From: the human T2T-CHM13v2.0 reference genome, Homo sapiens
Length of the DNA: 64,000 nt
Assembly: GCF_009914755.1 (NCBI RefSeq)
Contig: NC_060939.1
Strand: one strand, 5' to 3'
Part shown: piece after piece, positions 29,625 to 42,692 of the stretch
Layout of the letters: each line of letters starts with the position of its first letter
How positions within the stretch are numbered: position 1 is the first letter of the stretch
Notes under the pieces: model-generated
Seen by the model: the letters and a program-made list of their open reading frames with translations, nothing else
Told to the model about the DNA's origin: nothing
Databases searched by the model: none
Translations under genes and position numbers: made by a program

Positions 29625-31260
29625 ATAACAACTTTATTGAAATGTAATTCATATACCATAAAATTTACCATTTAAAATGTACAAATTAAATTTTAGGATA
29701 AATTAGCTTTTAGTATGTTCAGACTTCTACAACTATCACCACAATCCATTTCAGAAAATGTTTATCATTTTAAAAAGAAACCCCCTTTCCATTAGCAATC
29801 ATTCCCTATTTCCCCCAGCCTCTCCCCACCAAATCTTACTCAGTGTACCTCCATTCCTCCCTGCCCCTCCCCACCTCCAGACTAGGTAACCACCTACAGA
29901 TACTTTCTATCCCTATGGATTTGCCTATTCTGGACATTTCAGACAAATGGAATTATGTAATATGTGGTGTATTGTGACTTTTTTTTCTACTTAGCATCAT
30001 GTTTTCAAGGTTCATCCATTTTGTAACAAGTACCAGTACATGATTCCTTTTTATGACTGAGTACTACTCTAATGTATGAAAATATCACCTTTTGTTTATT
30101 CATGTATCAGGTGATGGACATTTGGGTTGTTTCCATCTTTTGGTTATTTTGAATAATGGTGCTATGAACATTTGTGCACAGTTTTTGTTTGAACACCTGT
30201 TTTCAAATCTTCTGGGTATAAACCTAGGAGTAGAATTGCTGGGACACATGGTGACTCTGTGTTTAACTTTTTGAAGCACTGACAGACTATTTTCTTCCAA
30301 AATGACTGCATTATTTTACAGTCCCACTAGTAGTGTATGAGGGTTCCAATTTCTCCACATCCTCTTAACACTTGATTCTAGCCATCCCAGTAGGTGTGAA
30401 ACGGTATCTCATAGTTTTGACTCGCATTTCCCTGTTGACTAATGATGTTTACCATCCTTTTATGTGTTTATTGGCCATATGTATATCTTCTTTGGAGAAA
30501 TGTCTATTCATATCTTTTGCTCATTTAAAATTGTGTTGTCTTTTTATTGTTGATTTTTAATAGTTCTCTATATTTTCTAGATATGTCTTTTATCACATAT
30601 ATGATTTGCAAAAATTTTCTTCCATTCTGTGGGCTGTCTTTTCCCTGTCTTCATGGTTGTCCTTTGAAGCACAAAAATTTTAAATTTTGATGAAGTTCAA
30701 TTTATGTATTTGATGAAGTCCAATTTATGTATCTTTTCTAGCAAAGTTTTGCCTAATCCAAAGTCATGAAGATTGACTCCTATATTTTCCTCTGAGTTTA
30801 ATGGTTTTGCTCTTACATTTAGGTATTTAATCCATTGTGAACTCATTTTTATATATGGTACAGGTAGGGGTCCAATTTTGTTCTTTTGCTCATAGATATG
30901 AAGTTGTCCCAGCAAATTTCTTGAGGACGGTTCTTTCCTATTGAATTATCTTGACATCCTTGTCGAAGATCAGTTAACCATAAGTAAGAGTCTATTTCTG
31001 ACTCCTTCTGAACTCTATTTCTGAATAGTATCCCACTGTTCTATATGTCTATCCTTATGTTAGTACTACACTGTCTTAGTTACTGTAGCTTTACAGTAAG
31101 TTTTCAATTTGGGAAGTAGAAGTCCTCCAACTTTGTTCTTTTTCAAGACTTTTTTTTGGCTATCTGGGATCCCTGGAATGGCCATATAAATTTTGGACTT
31201 GGCTTGTCAATTTCTGCAAAGAAACCAACTGGGATTTTGATAAGGGTTGCACTGAATAAG
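29625..31260 (-). mobile_element. Old L1MB-like 3' fragment
   Basis: Antisense ORF2 C-terminal remnant (MFIAPLFKITKRWKQPKCPS) and 3'UTR. Confidence 0.85.
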
Positions 31261-31567
31261 CAATGTGCTTTTTTAATGGGATAAAAACAACAACAGCAAA
31301 ACTGAGTAAATTGCTACTGAGGACCCAAACAAATCTAGTTTATCTCTGGCCCTGCTAAAAATAGCATTCAAAGTCTGAAGCATGATCTACTACTTAACCT
31401 CTCTGCTTTCTAAGGAAAATACATTCATTGAGCAACTTAAGGCTACGAATATAAAATTCAGTCAGTAATTTTCTCAATCAAGTATATAGCAGCAATAACA
31501 TCTACTATGTTTACTAATAGCATCAAGTCTTCAGACTTTGTAAAGGAAGGAAATATTTTCAACATAC

Positions 31568-31613
31568 CTTCCACAGGTTTTGTTATTATTCCAGTCACTC
31601 CACCAACAACTCC
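31568..31613 (-). CDS. VPS13C: VPS13C coding exon (GVVGGVTGIITKPVE)
   Basis: CAG acceptor, GTATG donor; 46 nt, phase 0 to 1. Confidence 0.93.
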
Positions 31614-32824
31614 CTGAAAGAGAAATCAATCATATAGTTTAGACTGAATGGAAGGTGTTTAATTTTAAACCAACCACTAGAGGTCTCTACAGACATACTG
31701 GAAATAACAACAACAACAACAAAAATTGAAGACTTAACTTGATAATGTGAACAACATACACATATAAGTTAGCACTATGATTTTTCAAATATCATATCAC
31801 AGCAAATCTTAAATGAAAGCATTTTATAAATTTTATAAAAGAAACAGGAGTAAAGCAGGTAAAAGGATTTTAAATCTGGCTATGACACCAATCAGCTACG
31901 TAACCATGGGTAGCTGAAATCTCTTTAAGTCTCAGTTTCCACATCAGCAAAATGAGTGAGTTGAGCCAAATAATATTTACTATCTAATTATAAATTTTAA
32001 GGGGATTACATTGTAACTTAGTGGAAGTGTAGAAAACTGAAAATAAAGGGCCCTCCCAGGGACAGGTAATAACCTGGCAAATAAAGTGCCTTAGTAACTG
32101 TAACACCCAACATTACAAATTACTATCAAAAAACACAGCAGTTTCCTGAAATTATTTCCAAAATTAAAACATGAATATACTAATACATTTTTCATCATTA
32201 TGAAGTAATGGTAGTAAAATACCTGTATATTCTATGAACACACAGAAAGAGAACTGATGGATACACACTTAAATTGGAAACAGATGAGATGATTAGGGTA
32301 TTCTAGCCTTACTTATAATGTTTTATTTACTTATTAACAATAACTTTTAAGTTCTTATAATTATAAGAATATTCATACATCACCTATATAATTAAGCAGT
32401 ATTCATATATTACCTATATAATTTTAAAAGTATTAAAAAGTAATGAAAGGCAGTTCCTGGATTATCAACAATTAATTTTCACACATCCCTTCCACAGAAA
32501 CAGTCAGTTGCTGATGACCTGCAGAGCTCCTTCTCCCTCTAGTTTCCGTAGGTACCATGTATCTCTGCTTCTCACTTCCTCGCCTTCTACACCAGTACTA
32601 CCCTGTCATCATTACAGTTTTATGAAATCTGACAATTCAGGGGATAGATCTGGTGGTGACAATGGGGAAGGGGAGCAAAAAGGAAACTGGGAAGTCCATC
32701 ATTTATCATTCTTTCTATTCCTACAGGCCTAGACTCATAAGCAGCATTCTAAGTTTCACACAACCAGCTAGAATACACTTTTTTTTAAGTTGCAGATTTC
32801 TTAAAGATTCAGCAAAGAACTTAC

Positions 32825-32988
32825 TCGCAGAAAGCCCTTTCCTCCTCTGGCCAGGCTGTCTCCAAAATCTCTGGGCTGTCGACTCAACTCTTCTCTTCTT
32901 TTTTGCTGATATTCCTTGTCCATTGTAATTGCTGCCAAACCTTTCCCAACAGAACCGGTGATTCGAGATACAACTCCTGCTGCACCAC
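32825..32988 (-). CDS. VPS13C: VPS13C coding exon (GAAGVVSRITGSVGKGLAAITMDKEYQQKRR...GGKGFLR)
   Basis: TAG acceptor 32991-32989, GTAAGT donor; 164 nt, phase 1 to 0. Confidence 0.95.
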
Positions 32989-32996
32989 CTATCAAA

Positions 32997-34065
32997 GACA
33001 AGGGATTAATTTCTAGAATATACAAGGAACTATACAAGGAACTCAACAGCAAGAAAACAAATAATCTGATTTTAAAATAGGCAAACGATCTGAATAAATA
33101 TTTCTGAAAAGGAGACATACAAATGGCCAACAAGTATATGAAAAAATGTTCAAGATCAATAATCATCAGGAAAGTGCAAATCAAAACCACAGTGAGATAT
33201 TATCTCACCCCAGTTAGAATAGTTATTATAAAAAAGACAAAAAAAATCACAAACGCTGTCAAAGAAGTGGAGAAAAGGGAATGCTTACACACTGAGAGTG
33301 GAAATATAACTTAATACAGCTATTATGGAAAACAGTATGGAGGCTCCTCAAAAAACTGAAACTAGAACTACCGTATGATCCAGCAATCCAACTACTGGGT
33401 ATATACCCAAAAGAAAAGAAATGAGTATATCAAGAGATGTCTGCACTCCCATGTTTACTGCAGCACTAGTGACAATAGCTAACATATGCAATCAATCTAA
33501 GTGTCTATCAACGGATGAATGGATAAAGAAAATGTGATACACACACACACACACACACAAACAGAATACTACTCAGGCATTAAAAAAAATGAAAACCGGT
33601 CATTCACAGCAACTTGGATGAGCCTGGAGGACATTATGTTAAGTGAAATAAGTCTGGCACAGAAAAACAAATACTGCATGTTCTCATTCACATCTGACAG
33701 CTAAAGAAGTTGAACTCATAGAATTAGAGAGTAGAACTGTGGTTATTAAAGGCTGAGATGGGTAGGGGGAGGAGAGGATAGGGAGAGATTGGTTAATGGA
33801 TACAACATCACAACCAGATAGGAGAATAAGTTCTAGCATGCTATAGCACTGTAGGGTGACTATAGTTAACAACAACTTATTGTATGTCTTCAAATAGCTA
33901 GAAGAGAGGGTCTTGAATGTTCCCAACACAAAGAAATGATAAATGTTCGAGGTGATAAATATGCTAATTACCAGATTTGATCACTACATATTGTATACAT
34001 TTATCAAAATATCACTCTATACCCCATAAATATATACAATCATGTGTCAATTAAAAATAAAATAA
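32997..34065 (+). mobile_element. 5'-truncated L1MA-type element abutting a VPS13C splice acceptor
   Basis: gacaagggattaatt...; ORF2 C-terminal remnant MANKYMKKCS...RYYLTPVR; L1MA 3'UTR and A-rich tail at about 34050-34065. Confidence 0.9.
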
Positions 34066-34456
34066 TTTTTTAAGGCTCAGAGAAGTTACATTGTTTATAT
34101 AAACAGCATTATCACAATATATAGCATGCAATTGCTTTAAACTAATAGGTGCTTAAAATTCTGTCTCATACAAAAAATGCAGAAATTAACTTTTCCCATC
34201 TAACAAGAAAAGGAATAAAATTATTTAATTTAAATGTAAAATTATTTGCATTTATTCAACACTACAAAGACATATTAAAAAACCAGCAGTCTACTGTTAT
34301 TTTTCATTTAAAAACATGGGAAACATGTCTTTTAAAAGGGATTATTAAGAAAGTGATCCCTCCTTTATTAAATAAAAGCATTTGTTTTTCATAACAACAT
34401 ATTTCATAACAATATAATAAAAAATATACACATATACACAAATATGTGATACATAC

Positions 34457-34532
34457 CTACTGTGTGTCCAAAGAGGCTTCTCACTCCAATCACTAACCCC
34501 TCTGCAAATTCTTCAGGGCCTTGAACAGCACC
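34457..34532 (-). CDS. VPS13C: VPS13C coding exon ([25 protein letters not shown])
   Basis: CAG acceptor, GTATG donor; 76 nt, phase 0 to 1. Confidence 0.95.
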
Positions 34533-35312
34533 CTGGCAAAAAAAAATAAAAAATAATCTTATTATTTAAAATTTAAGTTTCAGACTTTTACTTTAATAGT
34601 TCAGGGTTTGCAAGAAGAATCCAAATCTGTAAAAATCCATAAACATTGTGATGAATCAATTTTCACTTCTACCCCAAATATGGATAGAATATCTATTGTG
34701 TTTGAAGACACTTTCAACCTACATGATCTTAGCAAATTCTTTAAGTCAAAAATTGGATAGGTATAAATCACTGGCTTCAATTACAATTTGAAGTTGGCCT
34801 CCCAGAACTAAGTTTCATCAAATTGCTAAAACAAGATGCAGTGATAACAAGAGTAAGAGCCCACAGATTTTTTTACTGTCTTATTCTCTCATTTATTTTC
34901 TCTGCTTTATTCTCCGAAAACCCTCATACACTGGGCTGGCTGCTAGACCCTTTAAATGGAGGGGAATAGGTTAGATGACAGCTTGAATATGAAACAAACT
35001 TTGCTTTCAGTGCCCTATTAGTCCCTTCCACAATGGTGGAACAGTCTTGAAAGTCTTAATCTACCCAGCACTCTAAATATTCTTACAACTACATTAAATC
35101 CTGGCAAATGTGGGCAGCGCTCATTAAATTCTAAACAATCATCCAATGTTATCTCATGTACCTTTAAATAAAAATATAAAATTGATATACTTTTGTGATT
35201 TGAACATTATTCAATTCCAAGATACAATTACAATGCAAATTACTATTTGTTATTAAAAAATAGACCATCCATTTTTCTATACCTATCCTTAGAACAAATA
35301 AGAGGTCAATAC

Positions 35313-35426
35313 CTGGAAGGGTTCATAGAATAAAGCTTCAACTCCTTCAGACAGACCTCTAATTAATCCAAATGGGTTTCCAAGTACATCTAACCCCAAT
35401 ACAAGGACATACATCTGTTTCAAGAA
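35313..35426 (-). CDS. VPS13C: VPS13C coding exon ([38 protein letters not shown])
   Basis: TAG acceptor, GTATT donor; 114 nt; hallmark VPS13 C-terminal GLDVLGNP...FYEP motif. Confidence 0.97.
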
Positions 35427-35731
35427 CTAAAAAAGAAAAAAAATTAAATTAAGTCCTTCACAACTATTGTAAGAAACATCATAATGAAATAGAAAAAAAG
35501 AGATTTACTGATAAAATTAAGTTTGTGTTAAAAGAAAGCTGTATGGAATAATCACCACTACCTCCACTAATGGATCTTTTACTGTGTGCCAGGCACTATG
35601 CTAATTTAAACAGCTTTTAAATTAGACAGAACTAGGTTTGACGCACAGGCTGCCACGTAGCAGTTATGTGACCTTGTGCAAGTCATTTAGTATCTAACAG
35701 CCTGTCTTCTAATCTATAAAATGGAAGGTCA

Positions 35732-35860
35732 GGCTGGGTGTGGTGGCTCATGCCTGTAATCCCAACAGTTTAGGAGACTGAGATGAGAGGATCACTTGAG
35801 GCCAGGAGTTAATGACCAGTCTGGGCAACATAGTGAGACTCCGTCTCTATAAAAACTCAA
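35732..35860 (+). mobile_element. Alu left monomer / FLAM_C inserted in a MIR-like remnant
   Basis: ggctgggtgtggtggctcatgcc...gactccgtctctataaaaa. Confidence 0.85.
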
Positions 35861-36553
35861 AATTTTTTAAAAAGGGAAGTTACACTGTCCTTGCATGGGT
35901 GAGTATGCATATTAAATGAATACATAATTCAGTAATTGTTAGTTTTTTTTAGTATTACTTTACCATCATTATTAATAAATTAGATGGAAAATAATAACCA
36001 AAACAAAAAAAAGGGAAAACATATCCTCATTTTAACATGTAACAATCATAATGTCTGTATATGTAATAGGAGAAAGAATATTCCAGCAGTGGAAGGAAAG
36101 GAGATGTCACCATGCAGTTCCATGGTATAGCAATTGTACCAAAGTGACCTGCAACAACTACTGTTTCTATGCATACATACTTGAACCACAGAGTAACTGA
36201 GGCACAGGGAGGAAACCGGCTTAGAATTCTGCTTGCAGTTCACTAGATTATATTCAGAAACTATAATCACTGAAGAAATCAAGTATAATGACTATAAAGT
36301 CACTATTCTTTCCCAAAGTGGTAAAAGTATAATTGCAAAGTCAAAAAAGGAACTGGAGGAAAATTTTCAAAAGGTGTATAAAGAGGGGTTGAACTAAAGA
36401 AACAGAAATTAATCATTGAAGAAAGCCACTAAATACGGAGATTTCAAAGTGAGGTAAATTAGATAAACATTACTGCACACTATACAGTCACATGCAAATG
36501 TTTTGATATTTTATGAAGTATATTCCTTATGAAATACTATGATAGGAAATTAC

Positions 36554-36635
36554 CTGTTCACTGTAATGCCTAACAACACTCCATATAAGCTGATCTCTCT
36601 TGTAGAACTGATATCGAATTTCATAATAAGCAAGT
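36554..36635 (-). CDS. VPS13C: VPS13C coding exon (LAYYEIRYQFYKRDQLIWSVVRHYSEQ)
   Basis: CAG acceptor, GTAAT donor; 82 nt, phase 2 to 0. Confidence 0.95.
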
Positions 36636-37026
36636 CTGGGAGGAGAAAAAGGAAAGATTCAAAGATACTAATATTATATGATAAAAAAAGAGACTTAAAA
36701 TTTGAATGACAGCTAATGCTAATCATAGCCAATTCTTTCACAATTGACTTCGTACATTTACCACATACAATTTATGATTGTCTTAATAATGGTTACTAAA
36801 TTATTATAAAAACAGTGCACAAGTTTTTCATATATGCATAAAGAGTTCTTTAAAAGTCAACCATCATCCCATCACATAGTGGATTTTAAAGGTTTATTTT
36901 CTTATTTCGCACTTAGAATTCTTTCTTTTATATGCAATGATAAAATGTTTAAAACATTTTGTATGCCCTGTTTACACTCAACACTGTGGAAAAGTATTTC
37001 TCTATGTTATTTAAAACTTGACATAA

Positions 37027-37034
<8 letters not shown>

Positions 37035-37060
<26 letters not shown>

Positions 37061-37102
37061 TTTTTTTTTTTTTATTATACTCTAAGTTTTAGGGTACATG
37101 TG
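37035..37102 (-). mobile_element. 29-nt L1HS-type 3' end plus poly(A), with perfect 15-nt TSD
   Basis: Minus strand reads cacatgtaccctaaaacttagagtataat(A)n; TSD gacataaccattttt at 37020-37034 and 37105-37119. Confidence 0.9.
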
Positions 37103-38271
37103 AAGACATAACCATTTTTAACGGATGCATAGCATGCTACCATGTGGCAGTGTGGTAACAAACAATTCTTCCACTGTCAGACATTTCCAATTTTTGCTAA
37201 AATAATTAATGATGCCATGCGTATGTTGAATATAACTCTTTGGTTGAACTTCAAGGTTAGATTACTTTTTGGAAAGAATTTCCAAAAAGAGAACTACTGA
37301 GTGAAAAGCAACAAAACATTGAAGGCTCCTAACAAATGCAGTTTTCCACTTATACCAACAGTATTTAAAAAGTACCTATTTCTTAGAACCACCCCTGACT
37401 AGTATTAAATAGGATTTTAAAATAGAATCGCTCATATTTTAAAATCTTTGATAATTTGCTTTAATTTGCATGTATTCTTTGATAAATAATAACGCCATCA
37501 CTGTGTTTTCCCTTTTGCGAATTATCTCCTATTGTTCTCTGGCCATTATACCGTTAGAATCTAGGTTTTTCTTCTCAATGTTTAATATTAAGATAACAGT
37601 CCTTTCTCTGTCATTATATTTTCCCAGGCTTTTGTTTTTTAATTATTTTCATTGATTTGTTGTAAAGTATTTGATTTTTATGTGGTTAAATGTATCTTTT
37701 ATTTTCCATTGAAATGTTTTCCACTGCTTTTAAACTTAGAAAGACCTCCTCTATTCAGAGATTGGACTTTTTTTGTCTTTTCAGTTTAGGTTTTATATTT
37801 TATCATTCGTTTTCTCTGAAATTTAGTAGTGTACATGTAAGGTAAAAATGATCTACAGGGAATTTTTTTTCACCCAGATAACTACTTGTTCCAATACCAT
37901 TGTTGAATTTCAATTCAATAACAATTTATTTAATGCATATGTATCTAGCATTACATATCTCTAAATATAATTATGTTTTAAAATATGGTTAATTTATAAT
38001 ATATGACTAAAAAATTCAATTATTATTCTACATCCATGTATTATCTAGATATGAGTAATCAAAAAAAACAAAAAACAAGACTCTACACCTTATCATTATG
38101 AATACAATAAGCATTCCTAAAGAGTATAATCACAAATGAACCAAATTCTCCAAATATAAGTAGTAAAGTTATCCTTTTCCTAAGCTAACATTGCACAAGT
38201 GGAGAGAATTAATGTCTAGAAACATGACCTTGGTACACCTGCTTCTCAATGTACTCTAACAGAAGTCTTAC

Positions 38272-38411
38272 TTGAATATAAGGTCATCCACATCAGTCAG
38301 AGTAGCACCTATGCTTTTCAACAGCAAGTTGACAGAATGAACTGCAAACATTTCCTGTTTTTCTTTGTCTGATTCTTCACCTCCGGAACCCAAAGACAAA
38401 CTCAAATGCAA
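38272..38411 (-). CDS. VPS13C: VPS13C coding exon (LHLSLSLGSGGEE...IGATLTDVDDLIF)
   Basis: TAG acceptor, GTAAG donor; 140 nt, phase 0 to 2. Confidence 0.95.
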
Positions 38412-40273
38412 CTAAAAGAAAAATAATGTTCAATAAATGAAAGCTAAAAGTGAAAAATTTACATATTTAGGATCCAGGTAGTCCAGAAACAAACCAAAAA
38501 AAGTCTTTCGATTAGAGTCCTAGTGAAAGCTATTATTTGATACCACACATTATAGCAGAACAACCCACTTACATTTGATTCTCTTTGCTTTTTGATAGAA
38601 TACAAATTAGTCTGATCCAAAAACAGAGTTCTAATTTTATGCAATGTATATAAATGCCATTGCATTCATATGAGGGAAACCGACACACTTTACAAAAATG
38701 GCGTAATCATTTTAAGAAGAAAAACATGTAAACTGGCACACAAGTAATCTGCCAGTCAAAATACAGATAATAACAATAACATGACAATTAAGGTAAGTTA
38801 GCAAGCTGTCAAGTTTTTAAAAGTATAATAAGGCTTTCAGCTTCCACAGATCCTCCAACTTAGTATTTAAACATGAGATTTCAGATTCTCATTTAGCTGC
38901 TACTTTGAACTGAACCATCATTAGTGCAATAGTGCAAGAAGACACAGGCAAAAAGTAATTCAATATGTGTAAATAAAGTAGATGAATTTCCTTTCTCATT
39001 TTGTCATTTCCTAGGCATATTAACTAACCAATATAGAGTTCAAGTAAAGTGGACTTGGGGCAACGCCAGGAAAGCCTGTGGTTAGTTTTTTCTTTCATGT
39101 GACCCTCTGCCCAAATGACGAGTCTGGGAGTGCTGGGATCCAGGAAAGGTAACCACAGGTAAACATTAATCCAGCCCTTCCCTAGGGCAATGTTACTTAT
39201 GGGCTATGAAAATAATTGTTGTTCATAATCTTTGCCATTAGACTTCATGGCACAATTCCCACTGTGCCTAAGAACACGAATAGGTAAATTATCAATCATT
39301 AATATCCCCCTAGAATATAATATCCATGAAGCTGTTTTATACCTCCACAGCAACTTTCATAATAAGCATTCGGTAAATACTTGTTTAAGGTATTGTTCAA
39401 TCCCACAAATAACTGATTTTCACTTAAAAGTGAAAAAGAAATGGTATATTACCTATCACATAAAACAATATCAATTTTAAACCTGACACTATCAGTATGT
39501 CTGATATCACCAAACTAATAGATCAATTTAAAATAATAATTCCATTTTAGAAATCCATTCATTTAGCTGAAGGACTGGTAAATGCAATTGAAAGTAATGT
39601 GCTGTAAACAGTTTTTGAGAATGTAAAGGATCATCAATATTTTAAAGAGTTACTTAATTATAAATCTGGCCCATTACACAAGTTTAGAGCATTATGGTTG
39701 ATAGCATTTGTGAATTTAAGAATTTACTAAGCAGTCACCTTCTCCTATAAAAGCTAAAAAGAACAACAAAAGGGAAAAAAGAAATGGGTTCATAAAGTAC
39801 AACATCAGGCAAGTGAAAGGTATCCAATTTTCCACTCCCTTAGTTACAATCAAATTTTGGAAGGGGGGAAAAACACCACATCAACAGTATAGTATCTACT
39901 TCAGCGTTTTCACATTCTGGTTACAGCACCCATTATAGCTCTCTGTTTAGACAGTGATAGTAGTTACAAAGTGCAACCAAAACATTAAACGTTGGCAAGC
40001 ACTTCTACGCTTAATTAAGAAACGCTTTTGTCAGCTTCTTCTTTGAATAAGGGGGTTATTAATTCAAAACTGGAGAACATGCTCTGGTGGTTTCTCTGTG
40101 GGAATTGTGGCTGCACATATGCTACAGAGAACTGTCTTAATTATTTCGATTAATCAAACAAAATTCCCACCAAATACATGATGCAACAAATTAAAACCTA
40201 CCTTGGTCCACAGACCCTTTAAAAAGTTCTACAATAATTTCACTAAATTTTCAAAATAATAATTACAACAAAC

Positions 40274-40387
40274 CTTCACAGGAGAAATATGGAAATGTTC
40301 AAAGAAACTAAGAATTGACATATCAGTCATTGAAGTCTCCATTAATTCTGCATTTAGAGCATCAATATCTTGTTGGATTAACTTTGT
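40274..40387 (-). CDS. VPS13C: VPS13C coding exon (TKLIQQDIDALN...FFEHFHISPVK)
   Basis: CAG acceptor, GTTTG donor; 114 nt, phase 0 to 0; VPS13 FE.FHISP.K motif. Confidence 0.95.
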
Positions 40388-40507
40388 CTGAAAAAAATAA
40401 AATCAAGAATTTCTATTTTAATTTTTTTCTCTATTAGAATTCGTTCAAAAAAGGCTGATTTAAATTTTGTTAATTTTATATTTTCCCCAAGAAATAAAAA
40501 TTTTTAC

Positions 40508-40619
40508 CCGTCTTCTTTCAGCTTCAGGGTCTGTTGTTGGGGTAAACAGTGCAATAATAGCTCCTAGAAACCCTTGATCAATTTTTAAGGCCATTTCCTG
40601 AATGAGGACCATAAAATAC
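40508..40619 (-). CDS. VPS13C: VPS13C coding exon (YFMVLIQEMALKIDQGFL...PEAERRR)
   Basis: TAG acceptor, GTAAA donor; 112 nt, phase 2 to 0. Confidence 0.95.
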
Positions 40620-41227
40620 CTAAGAAAAAAAATTTAAAATGGAAAAGGATTTCTACCAAATCTTTTAATTTTCAATGTTAAAACTTTGATTTCAGTGAAA
40701 AGCCACAGTTATATCTTGTTCCTTCATCTCCTAAAAATTATGTTAATAAGATCAAAGTCTTCTTAGATTGAGACTTTTTCACTGGAGTGAAAGCTTCACT
40801 CAAGGTAATACTGCTGCATTAACACTTAGCAATTACAGTCCCAAATGCCACATTCGTCATGTCACAGATGAAACAAATACAACCAGATCATGTAGCATGT
40901 ATGATCCAATTTTTAAAGTTCACAGCAATTACATTAAAGAACACAGCTCACAAATACATATCATTTAGATTTCACTTACTATTTTATATTCTAATTGAAG
41001 TTATAAAGGGAAGAAGATGGTTGAAGAAATTCTACACTTTAAAATATGTAGAGACTACTACTAAAATAAGTTGAAGCATAAAAGATTACTTGACCAAAAG
41101 TGAATTAATAGGTTCAGCTGGAAAATACTTTTTACATGAAAGTCACTTTCAAAAAGAGTAAGATTTATTTTCAAAGTAGATTCTCATTTTAAATTCTTTT
41201 AGAGAAACAGCAGGAATCTTCACTTAC

Positions 41228-41297
41228 TTGAACTGTAAGACTTTACTGTACTCATTAAATCTTGTGATGACACTCACATCAATGAAAGGCTTGGGCT
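41228..41297 (-). CDS. VPS13C: VPS13C coding exon (PKPFIDVSVITRFNEYSKVLQF)
   Basis: TAG acceptor, GTAAGT donor; 70 nt, phase 1 to 2. Confidence 0.95.
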
Positions 41298-41411
41298 CTA
41301 AGAGGAAGAAGTAACACATAAAAAAAAATAATGCTTTATACTAGGTTAAACTAATGCCTATTTAACTTTTATAAATAAGGTATATCTATGTCACAACTTA
41401 TTTTATTTTAC

Positions 41412-41493
41412 CTGAATCTAAAGCAATAGATTTTGGAGGGGCAACAGGATGAAATACAACAGGGAACATTGCACCTGGTAACTGATTATCAAC
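41412..41493 (-). CDS. VPS13C: VPS13C coding exon (VDNQLPGAMFPVVFHPVAPPKSIALDS)
   Basis: CAG acceptor, GTAAA donor; 82 nt, phase 0 to 1; VPS13-family LQ(V/I)DNQL motif spans the junction. Confidence 0.95.
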
Positions 41494-42260
41494 CTGAAAG
41501 AAAAGAAAACGAACTTATCAAGATTTCAAATAATTTAAACTTTTAGTTTCAAAGATAATGTTATAGAAGAGGCCACCACTTTCATCATAATTAAGTGTCT
41601 GCGTGTATATGCGGTGTAATTAGAAGTTTCATTTTAAATCTGTAAAAGTTACATACCTCAGCAAGGGCAAGGCTTTCAATAAAGGACTATATAAATACTC
41701 TCATAATTGTATTAACAGTGTGCAGTATGTACATCATTAATGAAAATACTTGTATCTATGGATCCTGTGAGATTTCAATTCTCTATGGTTTAAATAAAAG
41801 TTGAAACTGAATATGAAATTAGGGGATAAGAGAAAAAGAAGAAGAATTAAAGTAGCCTAAACAGTACTTAACAGCTAAAAGGAAGGAAGGGAGGGATGCT
41901 GGGAGAGAGCAAGCAAGCATCCAAAAGGAACCTCCAGCAAAGCTCTGCTCTCTGTCCTGAATGACGACAAAGGAAAATCTTATTTGGGGGTCCCATGACA
42001 AATTCAAAGGAACATTTAAGAATAACAATCTCAGTGCAAGAAAACCCTTTTGCAGGCTAATCGATCAAAATTAGTCTTAACAGTCACGAAGTTTATAAGT
42101 AAGATGTTAAATAAACAGGATATGTGGAAAAAGGGGAAAAAACATACAAACAAAGAAAAGATACCAATTACAATGTAAACTATATAGTTGTAAAAAAGAA
42201 ATTTCATTCCCAAGATTCCCAAAGTGATGATAAATACTTATTTGAGAATGACAATGTTAC

Positions 42261-42401
42261 CTGAAGCCAGTACAACCTGGCCCTTAAACTTCTCTGGTGA
42301 GAAGACTGCTTAAATTCAATCTGAATTCCTGATAAAAAGTCTCGTTTAATAGGGCTACGAATAGGGAGGCGCATTTCCATTGGATCTTTATCAAAATTGA
42401 C
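42261..42401 (-). CDS. VPS13C: VPS13C coding exon (VNFDKDPMEMRLP...ARLYWLQ)
   Basis: TAG acceptor, GTAAC donor; 141 nt, phase 0 to 0. Confidence 0.95.
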
Positions 42402-42692
42402 CTAGAAAAAAAGCACATGTTTTTGTGATGAGCTGATATTAGCACAGTAGCTATTCCATTTTTAATATCTGTTTATTGATCAAATTGAAAAAATCTTTAT
42501 CTTTATGTCTCACCAACAGATCTATCTTAAGGTGATCTACAGTTGAGATCTCTGAAGCAAAAGCACCACTTTTCTACCAGTTATTAGAAAAAAAAGATCG
42601 TGAAACTTTTCAAGTATAGAAACTATAGTTTTAAAAACATGCTTTATGTAAAAGAAAACTTCCTCAAGTAACGAATAGTTCCAGATAATTCT

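Noticed and set aside
30687-30732. Small local duplications (23 nt here; also about 17165-17227, 21995-22020, 33019-33042)
   Set aside because: Ordinary slippage events, mostly within old repeats; not arrays
40388-41411. Two short introns of 3n length (120 and 114 nt) as in-frame retained introns
   Set aside because: Both contain in-frame TAA codons
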